From a virus (taxonomy: Duplodnaviria > Caudoviricetes), in the IMG/VR virus record IMGVR_UViG_3300031784_000006: 64,000 bases of DNA; one strand, written 5' to 3'. Positions 54,150 to 63,627 of this stretch are shown in pieces; the stretch's first letter is position 1; each line of letters opens with the position of its first letter. Position numbers and translations under genes: made by a program. Below the pieces are notes generated by a model, which was not told the origin of the DNA, searched no databases, and saw nothing but the letters and a program-made list of their open reading frames with translations.

Positions 54150-54694
54150 TCATCCATTCCTAAAGGTTTAGTTACTTTTCTTAATTCAAAACTACCATCA
54201 CCACGGTCAATCCATTCTACTATATCACCTTCCTTAAGTTCAGCTCTCTCAAGTAAATCATCAGGAAACTGCACGAAACAATCGCCAGTAAGACCATCAA
54301 CCTGAACAGGGAGTTGCCACTTTACTACTTTATCTTTTACTGGATAAATGTCTCCGTCTTCAGTTATATGAAGTTTGGATTCTTCTGACAAATTATTAAC
54401 ATCTTCCCAAAAATCCCTCCAAGCACCCTTACATTCTGGTGAAGGGTCATCTTTATCACAACTCAAAATTTCATTTAGATAATCCTGATATTTGTTATTG
54501 TCAACACCACTATTCAAAAGTGCAAGAAGTTCATATGCTTGAGATGTTTGATGCTTGTAAGTGTAATAGTTTTCTTTTACTACACCAACAATCACATCAT
54601 AAATCTCCTGTGGTGTTGCTTCACTTGCAGACATTGCATCGTGAACCCAGTTAGATAATTGCTCCAATGAATACTTTTTATAATCCATAATCAA
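54143..54694 (-). CDS. Protein with a C-terminal AbrB/MazE-like DNA-binding domain
   Basis: FVQFPDDLLERAELKEGDIVEWIDRGDGSFELRKV. Confidence 0.65.
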   Translation of the reverse strand: MIMDYKKYSLEQLSNWVHDAMSASEATPQEIYDVIVGVVKENYYTYKHQTSQAYELLALLNSGVDNNKYQDYLNEILSCDKDDPSPECKGAWRDFWEDVNNLSEESKLHITEDGDIYPVKDKVVKWQLPVQVDGLTGDCFVQFPDDLLERAELKEGDIVEWIDRGDGSFELRKVTKPLGMDEC

Positions 54695-54894
54695 TCTTTG
54701 GGTTTGGGTTTAGAGCACTCGTGGCAGTAGTAAGAGAAACCATCACGAAAGTATTTTACAACTTGATAGTGGTCCTTGTCAAGTGGTTTTTCCACTCCAC
54801 ACTTATCACATATCCTTGTCTTTCTTGATGGACTTTCGAACTCGCTTGAGTTCTTTGAGTTCCATTTTAATATTTTTGTAAGCAGCGTCAGCAT
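54691..54894 (-). CDS. Small Zn-finger-like protein
   Basis: CDKC...CHEC; start uncertain. Confidence 0.6.
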   Translation of the reverse strand: MLTLLTKILKWNSKNSSEFESPSRKTRICDKCGVEKPLDKDHYQVVKYFRDGFSYYCHECSKPKPKD

Positions 54895-55006
54895 CTAATT
54901 TGCCTCCCATTTCCATTGCTATAATAATATCCACTCTCGTTCCAAAATGTGCAAGAGCAGTTTCAAATGAATCTAATTCATACATCCCCATTTTTCCAGT
55001 TATCAA
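54806..55006 (-). CDS. Hypothetical protein
   Basis: ORF track; FETALAHFGTRVDII. Confidence 0.7.
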   Translation of the reverse strand: MITGKMGMYELDSFETALAHFGTRVDIIIAMEMGGKLDADAAYKNIKMELKELKRVRKSIKKDKDM

Positions 55007-55214
55007 GAGTCAGAATATCTATACGAGCATCAACTGCATCAATAGAATTCGAAAGTTCATAGAGACAATTACTGGTTTCTACATTTTCTAATTCAAGTAA
55101 TTCAACACGTTCTTGCAACTCAATCAGTTTGGAATATACATCATCGGGAATAGGTCTCTCATTTGGAGAGAAGAACCATTTAATAAACTTTTTAATCATT
55201 ATCAAGTAATCCAA
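54978..55214 (-). CDS. Coiled-coil hypothetical protein
   Basis: ORF track. Confidence 0.65.
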   Translation of the reverse strand: MDYLIMIKKFIKWFFSPNERPIPDDVYSKLIELQERVELLELENVETSNCLYELSNSIDAVDARIDILTLDNWKNGDV

Positions 55215-55667
55215 CAGATTTCAAATAACGTCTATATGACATAAAACGCCCCAGAGATGGTTGTCCTGGAGCATTTAATTGGTGACAAATCTCACAATAA
55301 CATAACCACTCATACCAAGGAGTAGTTTTATCAAGAACGTGATAAGGATATTCTACAGTAGTTCTTTCCAAAATTGCTCTCCTTTTTGTAGTGCTAATAC
55401 AACAGTTGTGTGTTCTCGTGCGTGTCTATCAAGGTCTTTATCTTGGAAGTAAATGTTAGACCTTTCAACAGCACAGCGAAAGATGTTAGCCCAAAATTGT
55501 TGATTAGGTGTTAGACGCATTATCATTCTTTAGATTGGGATGTGGTGCATACAAAGGCCCAGGATAGTTGCCAGCAAACTTTGCAAGTTCTTGAACTGCT
55601 TTTACTGTTTCTTCTGTCTCTTCCCACTCCCAAGAGTTTCCATTTTTATCTACAAAATTGCGAATAG

Positions 55668-55886
55668 TCATAGTTTTCCTCCAACAGTTGAATCATAAGT
55701 TTTATCGGGTGATTTGTCAAACTCACCCTCTTGCTTTGCTTTCAAATACCAACGGGTTGCTCTCACACATTCTTCTTCAGTCAGTGATGTAATAATCCCA
55801 CCACCGTCAGGATAATGTGACTGCCATAATCCATACTTTTTCTGCTCCACATAGAAAGCATTGTCGTCATAAAATTGTTTACTCAT
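55668..55886 (-). CDS. Hypothetical protein
   Basis: ORF track. Confidence 0.7.
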   Translation of the reverse strand: MSKQFYDDNAFYVEQKKYGLWQSHYPDGGGIITSLTEEECVRATRWYLKAKQEGEFDKSPDKTYDSTVGGKL

Positions 55887-56166
55887 AATGACTTAATTGC
55901 CTCTTCAGTTCTACTTGTGTCGAAATCAGTTTGCTGTATAGAAAGTCTTGATATTCATTACCTTCTAAAAGACTGGTAAGATTATCAATCTGTATTAGTG
56001 CAAGAATGAGTTTAGTCTTGTCGTTCATTGTTTTTCAGTTCTTCCACACGGTCCATAATGACTTTGATAAAGTCTTCTTCAGTCCAGGTGTTGAGAATAC
56101 TTTCCGTAGGAGAAGTTTCATCCCAGGTGATGGTGAATGATTTGTCTTCATTTTCAGTTACTTGTA

Positions 56167-56418
56167 TCATTTTTCATAAACTGGTCTTGTGTTGTTACAA
56201 TGTAAGAAGTATTTGTATTCGGCAAGTGCTCCATAATGCCATTGGATTATATCACATCCCTTATATGTGCCAACAACTTTTGTTTCTTGCGAATGTTCTG
56301 TTGGACTATCACCCCAAGAGATAAAACCAATAAAAATAATAACAACTACAACGGCACTAATCACGCCAGCAGCACCACGAAGAAATTCTTTTAGTGCTTG
56401 TTTATCATCTTGTGTCAC
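56167..56418 (-). CDS. Single-transmembrane hypothetical protein
   Basis: ORF track; hydrophobic residues 15-33. Confidence 0.65.
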   Translation of the reverse strand: MTQDDKQALKEFLRGAAGVISAVVVVIIFIGFISWGDSPTEHSQETKVVGTYKGCDIIQWHYGALAEYKYFLHCNNTRPVYEK

Positions 56419-56789
56419 AATTCACTCCAAGGTATTTTGCGGTCAAATAACTTTTTTAGAGCATCTGTAGGTGGGTCTGGATTTTCAATTTTTTCCATAA
56501 TATAATCATAATCTACTTCTGAGACATAAAATGTATATTGTTGCGGAAATTCACCCAAACGAAGTAATCTTTCTTCACTAATAGTGAGGTTATACCAATC
56601 ATCATAAGGATAGATATACATCTGATACCACCCATAATTTAGTTCCTCAAAAAATGCACAACGGTCAATGTTGTCATTATATTGTACGAACCTATAGTTG
56701 ATAGAATTGACCCAATTCCACCAAGAGTTCTCAAACCAAGTTTTAAGTTGTTTCATCAGAATAATTAACGTAGAGATTGTCCCCACCAA
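56415..56789 (-). CDS. Hypothetical protein (likely start MKQLKTWF)
   Basis: ORF track. Confidence 0.65.
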   Translation of the reverse strand: MVGTISTLIILMKQLKTWFENSWWNWVNSINYRFVQYNDNIDRCAFFEELNYGWYQMYIYPYDDWYNLTISEERLLRLGEFPQQYTFYVSEVDYDYIMEKIENPDPPTDALKKLFDRKIPWSEL

Positions 56790-56925
56790 TGTTTAGATGA
56801 TACATTTTACCATTGTTGAGATAGATTCCCAACCACACTGCACGACCTTCTTCCATCGTTTCATAGTGTACCATACGAACATCCTCCAGCACAATCTCGT
56901 CTGGGTTTTTAACGAATCTACTCAT
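56743..56925 (-). CDS. Hypothetical protein
   Basis: ORF track. Confidence 0.65.
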   Translation of the reverse strand: MSRFVKNPDEIVLEDVRMVHYETMEEGRAVWLGIYLNNGKMYHLNIGGDNLYVNYSDETT

Positions 56926-57233
56926 TTCAGCAACTCATCGACATCAACTCGATAAAAGTCCATCGGTTTGTTTTTGCCAAGCAATCCTAGCACATATCCC
57001 TCAAAATCGGTAGAGTCTGATTCGTAGATGACTTGACCATGATTATTGTCGCTCTCAGTATAGTTGTCAAGGTAATCAGAGAATGTGACAAAGATTGCCA
57101 TAGCTCGTGCTTTATCGTGCTCCGTAAGTGTTTTATGTGGGTGTGCCACAATACACATAATAGTGTTGAATAGTTCCTCTGGCGTATAAGAAAACGCAGG
57201 TGCTTCTTCGTTGAGTTTCAGTGGATTAGTCAT
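56922..57233 (-). CDS. Hypothetical protein
   Basis: ORF track. Confidence 0.65.
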   Translation of the reverse strand: MTNPLKLNEEAPAFSYTPEELFNTIMCIVAHPHKTLTEHDKARAMAIFVTFSDYLDNYTESDNNHGQVIYESDSTDFEGYVLGLLGKNKPMDFYRVDVDELLK

Positions 57234-57541
57234 TTTTTAGATTTTGAATTGCGAGTAGTGTTTCTAGTGGAATCCACGCTGGATTTTCGTTTGCGAACTG
57301 GACTTGCACTTCCGTCACCTTTTGGTTTAGGTTTTTGCTCCACTTTTCTCTTGTGTTTTTTATTGGGCTCAGTGGGTTTTGCATCACGATAATCAATCTT
57401 TGTTTTCCTAGTATCTAGTTTATACCTTTCTAGGTATTTTTGCAAGTCATAGTCGTCCTTAAACCAACAGATTTTCTTTTCATTCATATGTTCTAATCTT
57501 ACACCAAAAGTTTCATATGGAAACAGTTCAGTGGAAATCAT
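57230..57541 (-). CDS. Hypothetical protein with basic tail
   Basis: ORF track. Confidence 0.7.
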   Translation of the reverse strand: MISTELFPYETFGVRLEHMNEKKICWFKDDYDLQKYLERYKLDTRKTKIDYRDAKPTEPNKKHKRKVEQKPKPKGDGSASPVRKRKSSVDSTRNTTRNSKSKK

Positions 57542-57930
57542 CGGGTGATGTGTTCGTACTCAACCACTCTACCACACTTAAAGTGGATTCTGCAACGTGG
57601 CCAATCATCATAGTGTCCGTTCCATTCTGCTGGATAAATCTCCACGTATTTTGTGATGGGATGAACTCTATACTTTCCGTGCTGTCCTGTAGGAATCCAT
57701 TCATAGTTTAAGAAAAGATGTTTATCGCTATGTCGTGGGTCATCTTTCTCAATAGTCTCAAAAGTTGATGTTCCTTTATAATCACCACACCACAAATAAC
57801 CGGCAGGGTCTATCCAGAAGTGAGACATCGTACCACTATAACAGTCTTCAATCTCTTTGGTTTGACACTCTACATTTGTGAAGTGTTCTCCAAGGTTATA
57901 TGAAGAACGAACGTAGTCAAATAATCCCAT
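57538..57930 (-). CDS. Hypothetical protein
   Basis: ORF track; MGLFDYVRS type. Confidence 0.75.
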   Translation of the reverse strand: MGLFDYVRSSYNLGEHFTNVECQTKEIEDCYSGTMSHFWIDPAGYLWCGDYKGTSTFETIEKDDPRHSDKHLFLNYEWIPTGQHGKYRVHPITKYVEIYPAEWNGHYDDWPRCRIHFKCGRVVEYEHITR

Positions 57931-58295
57931 TAACCCAACTCCACATCTTCTACAAGGTCTTTCAATCGGTTCATAAAGTCCTCATCCATAGGATATACTT
58001 TTTCTTTACCAGTCTCAATATCATCCACCATCTGGAGCAAACTATCCAAGAAGTGTTTGGGATAAATCTCATCTTCAAGACTGTCCCAGAAATAAAGAAT
58101 ACACTGCTCTAATGGGTCATCAGAGACAAGAAGTGCATAGTCTTGATAGTTATTGCATATTAAATCGGCCCAGTTCTGAAAGGCATACCAGCAATTGTAC
58201 CATCCTTGAATGAAACAAGAGTGCCAGTAGTATTCAAACCAAGATAGTTTGGTTTTCTTGGTATTAGTTCCTAGGATTGGTCTAGAGAATATCAT
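57930..58295 (-). CDS. Hypothetical protein
   Basis: ORF track. Confidence 0.7.
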   Translation of the reverse strand: MIFSRPILGTNTKKTKLSWFEYYWHSCFIQGWYNCWYAFQNWADLICNNYQDYALLVSDDPLEQCILYFWDSLEDEIYPKHFLDSLLQMVDDIETGKEKVYPMDEDFMNRLKDLVEDVELG

Positions 58296-58470
58296 TAGAG
58301 ATAATGCGGTTTTTCTGTATCAAAATGATAGAATTTTACGTCTTTCATGTCAAGGCACATACGCACGGTTTCATGCTCTCTGTGTTCCCTGTCTGTTCCT
58401 CTATATAGTCCTCTGCGTTGGTAAGCACAGCACCAGACGTTGTAGTATATTTTTGTCTTTTCATTTTGAT

Positions 58471-59025
58471 TCATTTTTTTTTCTCATGAGCCCATATCTG
58501 AACAGTATATCTCAACTGCGGGGATTGGGGAGAAAGTGGAGTAACTAAATGTAAGGTTCTGTTATCATTTAAAACTGCGGTTCCCATTTCGGGTATTACC
58601 ACTTTCCAATTTTTGTGGTCTGACAAATATTTTTCTTCTCGATTATTCCAATCAATTTCTTTATCGTAATAAAGAAAATTTCCACCCCAGTCAACATCCC
58701 AATATTCGTTCAAGTAAATTGTCATTGCAAAAACGTATCCATGGTCGGTATGTTTGGAAATACCCGAATTATACTGCCAAACATTAAACCAAGTAGTGAT
58801 ATCACATTCAACCTCTGGAATATGTGGAGCGATTAAATTGGCAATTTGACTTTTAATTTCTTCACCTGTGCTTGTGACAATACAAGATCCATTAATATTA
58901 TTTTTAATTCCCTCCGGCCAAAATACAGTACTAGACTGCCAAACCGGAGTTTGTTCTTTTTTTTTGATTTCCCACAAGTAGTAATTACAGAATTCTTTCG
59001 ATAAGAGATTTTTAATTATTTTCAT
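58471..59025 (-). CDS. 2OG-Fe(II) oxygenase (prolyl-4-hydroxylase-like)
   Basis: HTD (HxD), TIYLN..W...WGG, distal H (LHLVTP) and RYTVQ. Confidence 0.85.
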   Translation of the reverse strand: MKIIKNLLSKEFCNYYLWEIKKKEQTPVWQSSTVFWPEGIKNNINGSCIVTSTGEEIKSQIANLIAPHIPEVECDITTWFNVWQYNSGISKHTDHGYVFAMTIYLNEYWDVDWGGNFLYYDKEIDWNNREEKYLSDHKNWKVVIPEMGTAVLNDNRTLHLVTPLSPQSPQLRYTVQIWAHEKKK

Positions 59026-59028
59026 TTA

Positions 59029-59418
59029 TCAATCCCAAGAAACATTTTGAACAAGAAATCCAGGCATCACATAAGTCCATGCACCTACATCACCAACTCC
59101 ACCAACTTTATATTTCCATTTATATTCATATTTGTTATGACTGTCCCAGGTCATATAACCCCTTTCTCTATCAAATCGCCCCTTAATTGTCAGAGCAAAT
59201 TTATTAGAAAAAATGTTACGAGTACGAAGTGCTCCACCGGTTTCGCGAGTTTCAATCACTACACAGGTGTCAGAATATGTTTCATTACCTGCCTCCAACA
59301 AACATGGAGTTTCATAACGGAATGGCCGATAAGTTTTAGTCTCTTGTGCGAAAGCAGGAGAAGAGAAAATAATAAAAACAATAGCAAATAGTTTTTTCAT
59401 CCGATTACACGATAACAA
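59029..59418 (-). CDS. Secreted hypothetical protein
   Basis: Signal-peptide-like MKKLFAIVFIIFSSPAFA. Confidence 0.7.
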   Translation of the reverse strand: MLSCNRMKKLFAIVFIIFSSPAFAQETKTYRPFRYETPCLLEAGNETYSDTCVVIETRETGGALRTRNIFSNKFALTIKGRFDRERGYMTWDSHNKYEYKWKYKVGGVGDVGAWTYVMPGFLVQNVSWD

Positions 59419-59711
59419 ACAGTAGCATTACCCTTACGGGTTGGTTGAATGTGAGCGAATGCAGAATAACTTAAGTCAATATCTGCATGAGAATATGGAC
59501 CCCTATCATTGACGCGAACGATTACCTGTTTTCCATTGTCTTGATTTGTAACTCTAATCCTACTTCCCATCGGAAGATATGGGTGAGCTGCAGTCCAACG
59601 ATAAGCATCAAATCTTTCTCCATTTGCAGTGATTTGACCGTGGAATCCGTCACCAACCCCATAAAAAGTTGCAATTCCACAAGTAAGTCCAGCAATTAAA
59701 GATTCTACCAT
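59397..59711 (-). CDS. RlpA-like (DPBB) lytic transglycosylase
   Basis: TANGERFD, TAAHPYLPMGS, IVRVNDRGPY, IDLSYSAF; likely start MVESL (ORF track 59397..59765). Confidence 0.85.
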   Translation of the reverse strand: MVESLIAGLTCGIATFYGVGDGFHGQITANGERFDAYRWTAAHPYLPMGSRIRVTNQDNGKQVIVRVNDRGPYSHADIDLSYSAFAHIQPTRKGNATVCYRVIG

Positions 59712-59712
59712 A

Positions 59713-60705
59713 TTATGAGAAATTATAATGAACTTCGGTATAAAACTCTTTGGAGCACTTGGCATTAGAAAGTTTCATCATCACTGGAGGAAGGAAATAA
59801 GCACACTCAGTTAGAAAATCTTCTTTACTGAGAAACTTTAGACCATACAGCATCCAAGTGCCAAATTGTTTATGAAACTTTCTTACAGCACGATATTGTT
59901 TGCTTGTGACTGGAACATACTTGCTCTTGGCCTTTTCAAAATCTTCCTTTTCACCTGCATTTGCCTGTGTCATCATGATACAGGTAGTTTGACCTTCACC
60001 TGTGCCAAAGTATTCAGCAATCATATACACCCAATGTTCATCCACTGGGAATACATCACGACCATACTTTTGCTCGTATTCTTTCATGCAAGCATCAGCA
60101 ACCAGTTGGAAGTTTTCTTTCTTCTTTGCCTCCAACTCTGCTTTCAACTCTTCCTTTTCAGTTTTAGCAAGCTCTTTGAGAGCATCAGAATACTTTCCTA
60201 CAGCACCACAAGCAATCTGCATTGCTTTGATTCTTTCGTCTTCAGTCATTCTTTCCTCTTTTTCAATGTCAGCGAGTTGTTGAAGAGCATCACCATTTTC
60301 ATTCTGTAGTTTTTCCAATGCTTCAAGTGCTTTGTTTTCTGCTTCTCGTTTTGCTGCTTCTTCAAGCATTTCTTCGTGAGTCATTTCTTTGATGTGCAAT
60401 TGTGTTTCTGGTGTTTGGACTTTTCCCCAAGAACTATCATCAATTGTGAGAGTTTCTTTTCCTTTATCATAAAACCTCAACTTACCATCATTCATAAGTT
60501 CTCGGATTTTCTCCTTTCCATATTGTGTGAGTTCTTGTTTCTTACTACGGAGTTCTTGAATTTCCTCATCAGTCAATCCAATCACCCAAGGCATATCATC
60601 GTTCATTATAAAATACGAATGCGGTTGAGGTTTTATGATCGTAGTAGTAATACTCTTGAAAGACTCCACTCTCAAATGACTCAATTGTTTCATCAAGTTC
60701 ATCAC
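59713..60705 (-). CDS. Coiled-coil hypothetical protein (likely start MNDDMPWV)
   Basis: ORF track. Confidence 0.7.
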   Translation of the reverse strand: MMNLMKQLSHLRVESFKSITTTIIKPQPHSYFIMNDDMPWVIGLTDEEIQELRSKKQELTQYGKEKIRELMNDGKLRFYDKGKETLTIDDSSWGKVQTPETQLHIKEMTHEEMLEEAAKREAENKALEALEKLQNENGDALQQLADIEKEERMTEDERIKAMQIACGAVGKYSDALKELAKTEKEELKAELEAKKKENFQLVADACMKEYEQKYGRDVFPVDEHWVYMIAEYFGTGEGQTTCIMMTQANAGEKEDFEKAKSKYVPVTSKQYRAVRKFHKQFGTWMLYGLKFLSKEDFLTECAYFLPPVMMKLSNAKCSKEFYTEVHYNFS

Positions 60706-60874
60706 TACCAGTTGAGTAGTAGCAGTCTAACACAAAATCAGAATATTCACCAACAGGTCCACAGAACCTATCACCAAACTTTGTAATGTCTTTATCTGGG
60801 AAGAGTTCGTAGTAGATGTCTAATACTTCCTGTCCGTATTCTTCTAGGATTTCTTCAAGAGTCATTGTTCCCAA
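60596..60874 (-). CDS. Acidic hypothetical protein
   Basis: ORF track. Confidence 0.65.
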   Translation of the reverse strand: MGTMTLEEILEEYGQEVLDIYYELFPDKDITKFGDRFCGPVGEYSDFVLDCYYSTGSDELDETIESFESGVFQEYYYYDHKTSTAFVFYNER

Positions 60875-61080
60875 GCATAAGATTTCAGGAGTTCGTTGTC
60901 CTTTTCCAACTGCTCTATTCTATCACACAATTCGGTGATAATGTGAATTAGAGAACGATAGTCAATACTCTCAACATCATCTCCATTCTCCATATCAGCA
61001 TAGCATGTGTATAGGAGTTCTTTGGTAAAATTGCGTTCAGTCATACACTCCACTCCCTTGCTTCCCAATCCATCAAACAC
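60862..61080 (-). CDS. Hypothetical protein (likely start MTERNF)
   Basis: ORF track. Confidence 0.6.
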   Translation of the reverse strand: MFDGLGSKGVECMTERNFTKELLYTCYADMENGDDVESIDYRSLIHIITELCDRIEQLEKDNELLKSYAWEQ

Positions 61081-61235
61081 ATATCAGTTTGCTGTTTATC
61101 AGTATAATTCTCATAAGCATATTGACGACACTCTTCTTCAGTACCCTCAAATAGCATTTCATACATCTTGTGGTCTCCATCATAGGTAAACTTATAAAGT
61201 CCCCACTCATCATAGCAGTCAGGAAAGAAAGGCAT
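61041..61235 (-). CDS. Acidic hypothetical protein
   Basis: ORF track. Confidence 0.65.
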   Translation of the reverse strand: MPFFPDCYDEWGLYKFTYDGDHKMYEMLFEGTEEECRQYAYENYTDKQQTDMCLMDWEAREWSV

Positions 61236-61558
61236 TATCGTAAGTTCCCATAAGAAAGTTCTTTGATTTCTTCTTTATTCAAAGTTTTACAATACCCAAA
61301 AGTATTATAATCCTCACCAGCATCAAAGACAAAAACAGGAATGTTTCGTTCTTTACAGATTTCTTTGAACTTATTTTCATCAAGTTCAAATTTCCCAACA
61401 TACTCTACATTTGGATACCTGTCCCAAGATACTACAAGTCCTTCAGGATAATAACTCCATTCAAACTCACTAAGTTCTTTGATAATGGTTTCAACTTCTT
61501 CTATGTTTTCGGGATTGGTGTAAATTCTACCATATCCTTTGTATGTGAAGGCAGTCAT
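61235..61558 (-). CDS. Hypothetical early protein
   Basis: ORF track; promoter directly upstream. Confidence 0.75.
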   Translation of the reverse strand: MTAFTYKGYGRIYTNPENIEEVETIIKELSEFEWSYYPEGLVVSWDRYPNVEYVGKFELDENKFKEICKERNIPVFVFDAGEDYNTFGYCKTLNKEEIKELSYGNLR

Positions 61559-61581
61559 CAGGTTTCTGTGTGTATGAGAGT

Positions 61582-61640
61582 ATTATAAGGCATCAGGGCA
61601 CAGAGTTCAAGTGCCCTTGTTCCAGTTTGCGAAGTGTCCT
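61582..61640 (-). promoter_or_regulatory. Sigma70-type early promoter with stem-loop and upstream GGACACT..AAACTGG motif
   Basis: TTGAAC-17 bp-TATAAT; stem AGGGCAC...GTGCCCT. Confidence 0.8.
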
Positions 61641-62425
61641 TATGATATTCTTTTTCTCTTGGAAGTGTCTATACCTCTGTTTCTTTGATAGTTAGTAAGT
61701 GCCCCAGCATTAGTAATATGACCTGTTTCTAAACACAACCATTTTTGTGATGCTACATTTTTACCTCCAATTTTACCACCCTTTCTACCATTTTCAGTCA
61801 TTTGTTCTTTACTTTGCCCGTGAATACCAATACCGAGTTCATAAGTTCTATATCCACATTTCCTTCCACTTTCAATCATTTCTTCTTTGGTTCTTCCGTG
61901 TATTCCTATTTTATTTTCATATGTAATTTTACCACCTATTTTACCATCTTCACTCATTTTTTCTCTTGTTCTTCCGTGGGCACCAACTCCAAGTTCATAT
62001 GCTCTTCTACCTCCAATTTTTCCATAAATTTTACCAGTTCTTTTACCATTTTCACTTCTTTGCTCTTTGGTTAATGAATGAACTCCCAATCCAAGTTCAT
62101 AACATTTATTACCACTTCCTCTCAAAACTTCTAACGAAACAATTCCACCACAATTTTCATTTAGACACCATTTATCCATATTGAGAAATGGTTTTATTAC
62201 TTTTGTCTCAACTCTTTTTGCTTCCAACCACCCTTCATCTGTAAAGTCAAAAAGTTGAAGTATTTGTTTCTTTGGAGTATAAAGTTCCCAACACCACTTG
62301 TTTGTTTTTGGAGAACCCCAATACTCTTCACCAAATGCTTTTTCCTTATGAATTCCATAATAGTAATATGGAACTTCTTCAAAGGTAATTTTATACAAGT
62401 ATATTCTTGGACTTTGTGAAGTCAT
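61640..62425 (-). mobile_element. Free-standing GIY-YIG-like (Seg-like) homing endonuclease gene with four C-terminal repeats
   Basis: IYLYKIT...YYYYGIH, YWGS, EA..VE, CLNEN; repeats YELG.G.HG.TKE...E.G.K.G; dedicated late promoter. Confidence 0.75.
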
Positions 62426-62434
62426 AGTTCTACT

Positions 62435-62508
62435 CTATAGGTCGCAATACTATTTATACAAGAAAAGGAGCATTTCTGCTCCCTCTCTACCTATAATGCG
62501 ACCTACAG
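62435..62508 (-). promoter_or_regulatory. Late promoter TATAAATA, terminator hairpin and flanking inverted repeat controlling the endonuclease
   Basis: TATAAATA 62451-62458; GGAGCA-GAAA-TGCTCC hairpin 62467-62482; arms 62435-62446 and 62497-62508. Confidence 0.75.
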
Positions 62509-62522
62509 GCACTATTATTTAT

Positions 62523-63188
62523 CTACCTCAAATTACCTCTCATCATTTTCAAACACTTTTCCCACTCATAACTGTTTCTATCACTTGAAGGTGGAATAAA
62601 CTCTTTAGCAATCCTATCTACAAGAACATCAATAGAAGCATCAGCATCTAAATCACTATCAACAGTAAAAATGTCCTCCCACCATTCCCACAGGAGTTCT
62701 TTTAGAGTGAGTGGTTTGTTCTTCTCTCCCCATTCTTTGATAAGGTCAAGAGAGTTCTTGAAGTTCTTATCATTATCTTCTTCATCAATCTTTCTTTGAA
62801 GTTCTTTCCACTTTTCTGTTTGTTGTGCCTCTCTAAATGCTGTCCTCATTCCTCTTTCTGTTTCTTCTGGTGTTTGTGGTTTCAACCAATCTAATGGGTC
62901 TTTATCGGGATTTTCCTCACACCATTTCACACTCTCACGGACAGCATCCCATTTTTGTTCTTCTTGATACTCTCCTACCTTATAATCCTCTTGTGCAGCA
63001 TTATAACCTCTCTTAAAAGATTTCCAGCAATTGAAATCATCAGTAGTTTTCAGTTCATTTGGATAAACCCCATAATTATCCTTAAATGCTTCTTCTACTG
63101 GTGATTTTGTTTTTTCCAGTTCCTCCAAGAATGAGAGTTTCTTTTCAAGCATTTTGATTTGTGCTTTTACTTCTTCAATTTCAGTCAT
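62523..63188 (-). CDS. Hypothetical protein
   Basis: ORF track. Confidence 0.7.
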   Translation of the reverse strand: MTEIEEVKAQIKMLEKKLSFLEELEKTKSPVEEAFKDNYGVYPNELKTTDDFNCWKSFKRGYNAAQEDYKVGEYQEEQKWDAVRESVKWCEENPDKDPLDWLKPQTPEETERGMRTAFREAQQTEKWKELQRKIDEEDNDKNFKNSLDLIKEWGEKNKPLTLKELLWEWWEDIFTVDSDLDADASIDVLVDRIAKEFIPPSSDRNSYEWEKCLKMMRGNLR

Positions 63189-63384
63189 TCTTCACCCATT
63201 TACAATCAAAACAAATCTTCATCATAAACCTCACAAACCTATTAGGCACTCTTCCTTCTTCTGGAGTATACATTATTCCAACACCACCAGGACGATTGCC
63301 GAACATATAGCAAGTCCAGTTAGATAATTTTGGATTGCCAATTTTAACTGCTGGGTATTGTGTTTTATACAATTCTTCAGTCAT
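63181..63384 (-). CDS. Hypothetical protein
   Basis: ORF track. Confidence 0.65.
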   Translation of the reverse strand: MTEELYKTQYPAVKIGNPKLSNWTCYMFGNRPGGVGIMYTPEEGRVPNRFVRFMMKICFDCKWVKND

Positions 63385-63387
63385 TTC

Positions 63388-63627
63388 TCACTCCACATAA
63401 TGATATACAGGTTCGTTGTATTTTCTCAGTAGTCGTATTGCTTCTTGTGCTTCTTCAAGTGTTTGGAATGTATCATTTGAGTAGGGATAATACTTTTTTT
63501 CAGTAAGATGATAATATTGAATATAAAAATAAGGTTTCAAAGTTTTCAAATTGAGGTCTTCTACAATTCGGTAATCATAAACTTTCATTATTTCCGTGCC
63601 TCCCAATAACGACCCTCTGGACCACAA
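63388..63627 (-). CDS. Hypothetical protein (likely start MKVYDY)
   Basis: ORF track. Confidence 0.65.
   Translation of the reverse strand: MWSRGSLLGGTEIMKVYDYRIVEDLNLKTLKPYFYIQYYHLTEKKYYPYSNDTFQTLEEAQEAIRLLRKYNEPVYHYVE

Noticed and set aside
58471-59025. 2OG-Fe(II) oxygenase as a novel auxiliary gene
   Set aside because: This family is common in T4-like cyanophages.
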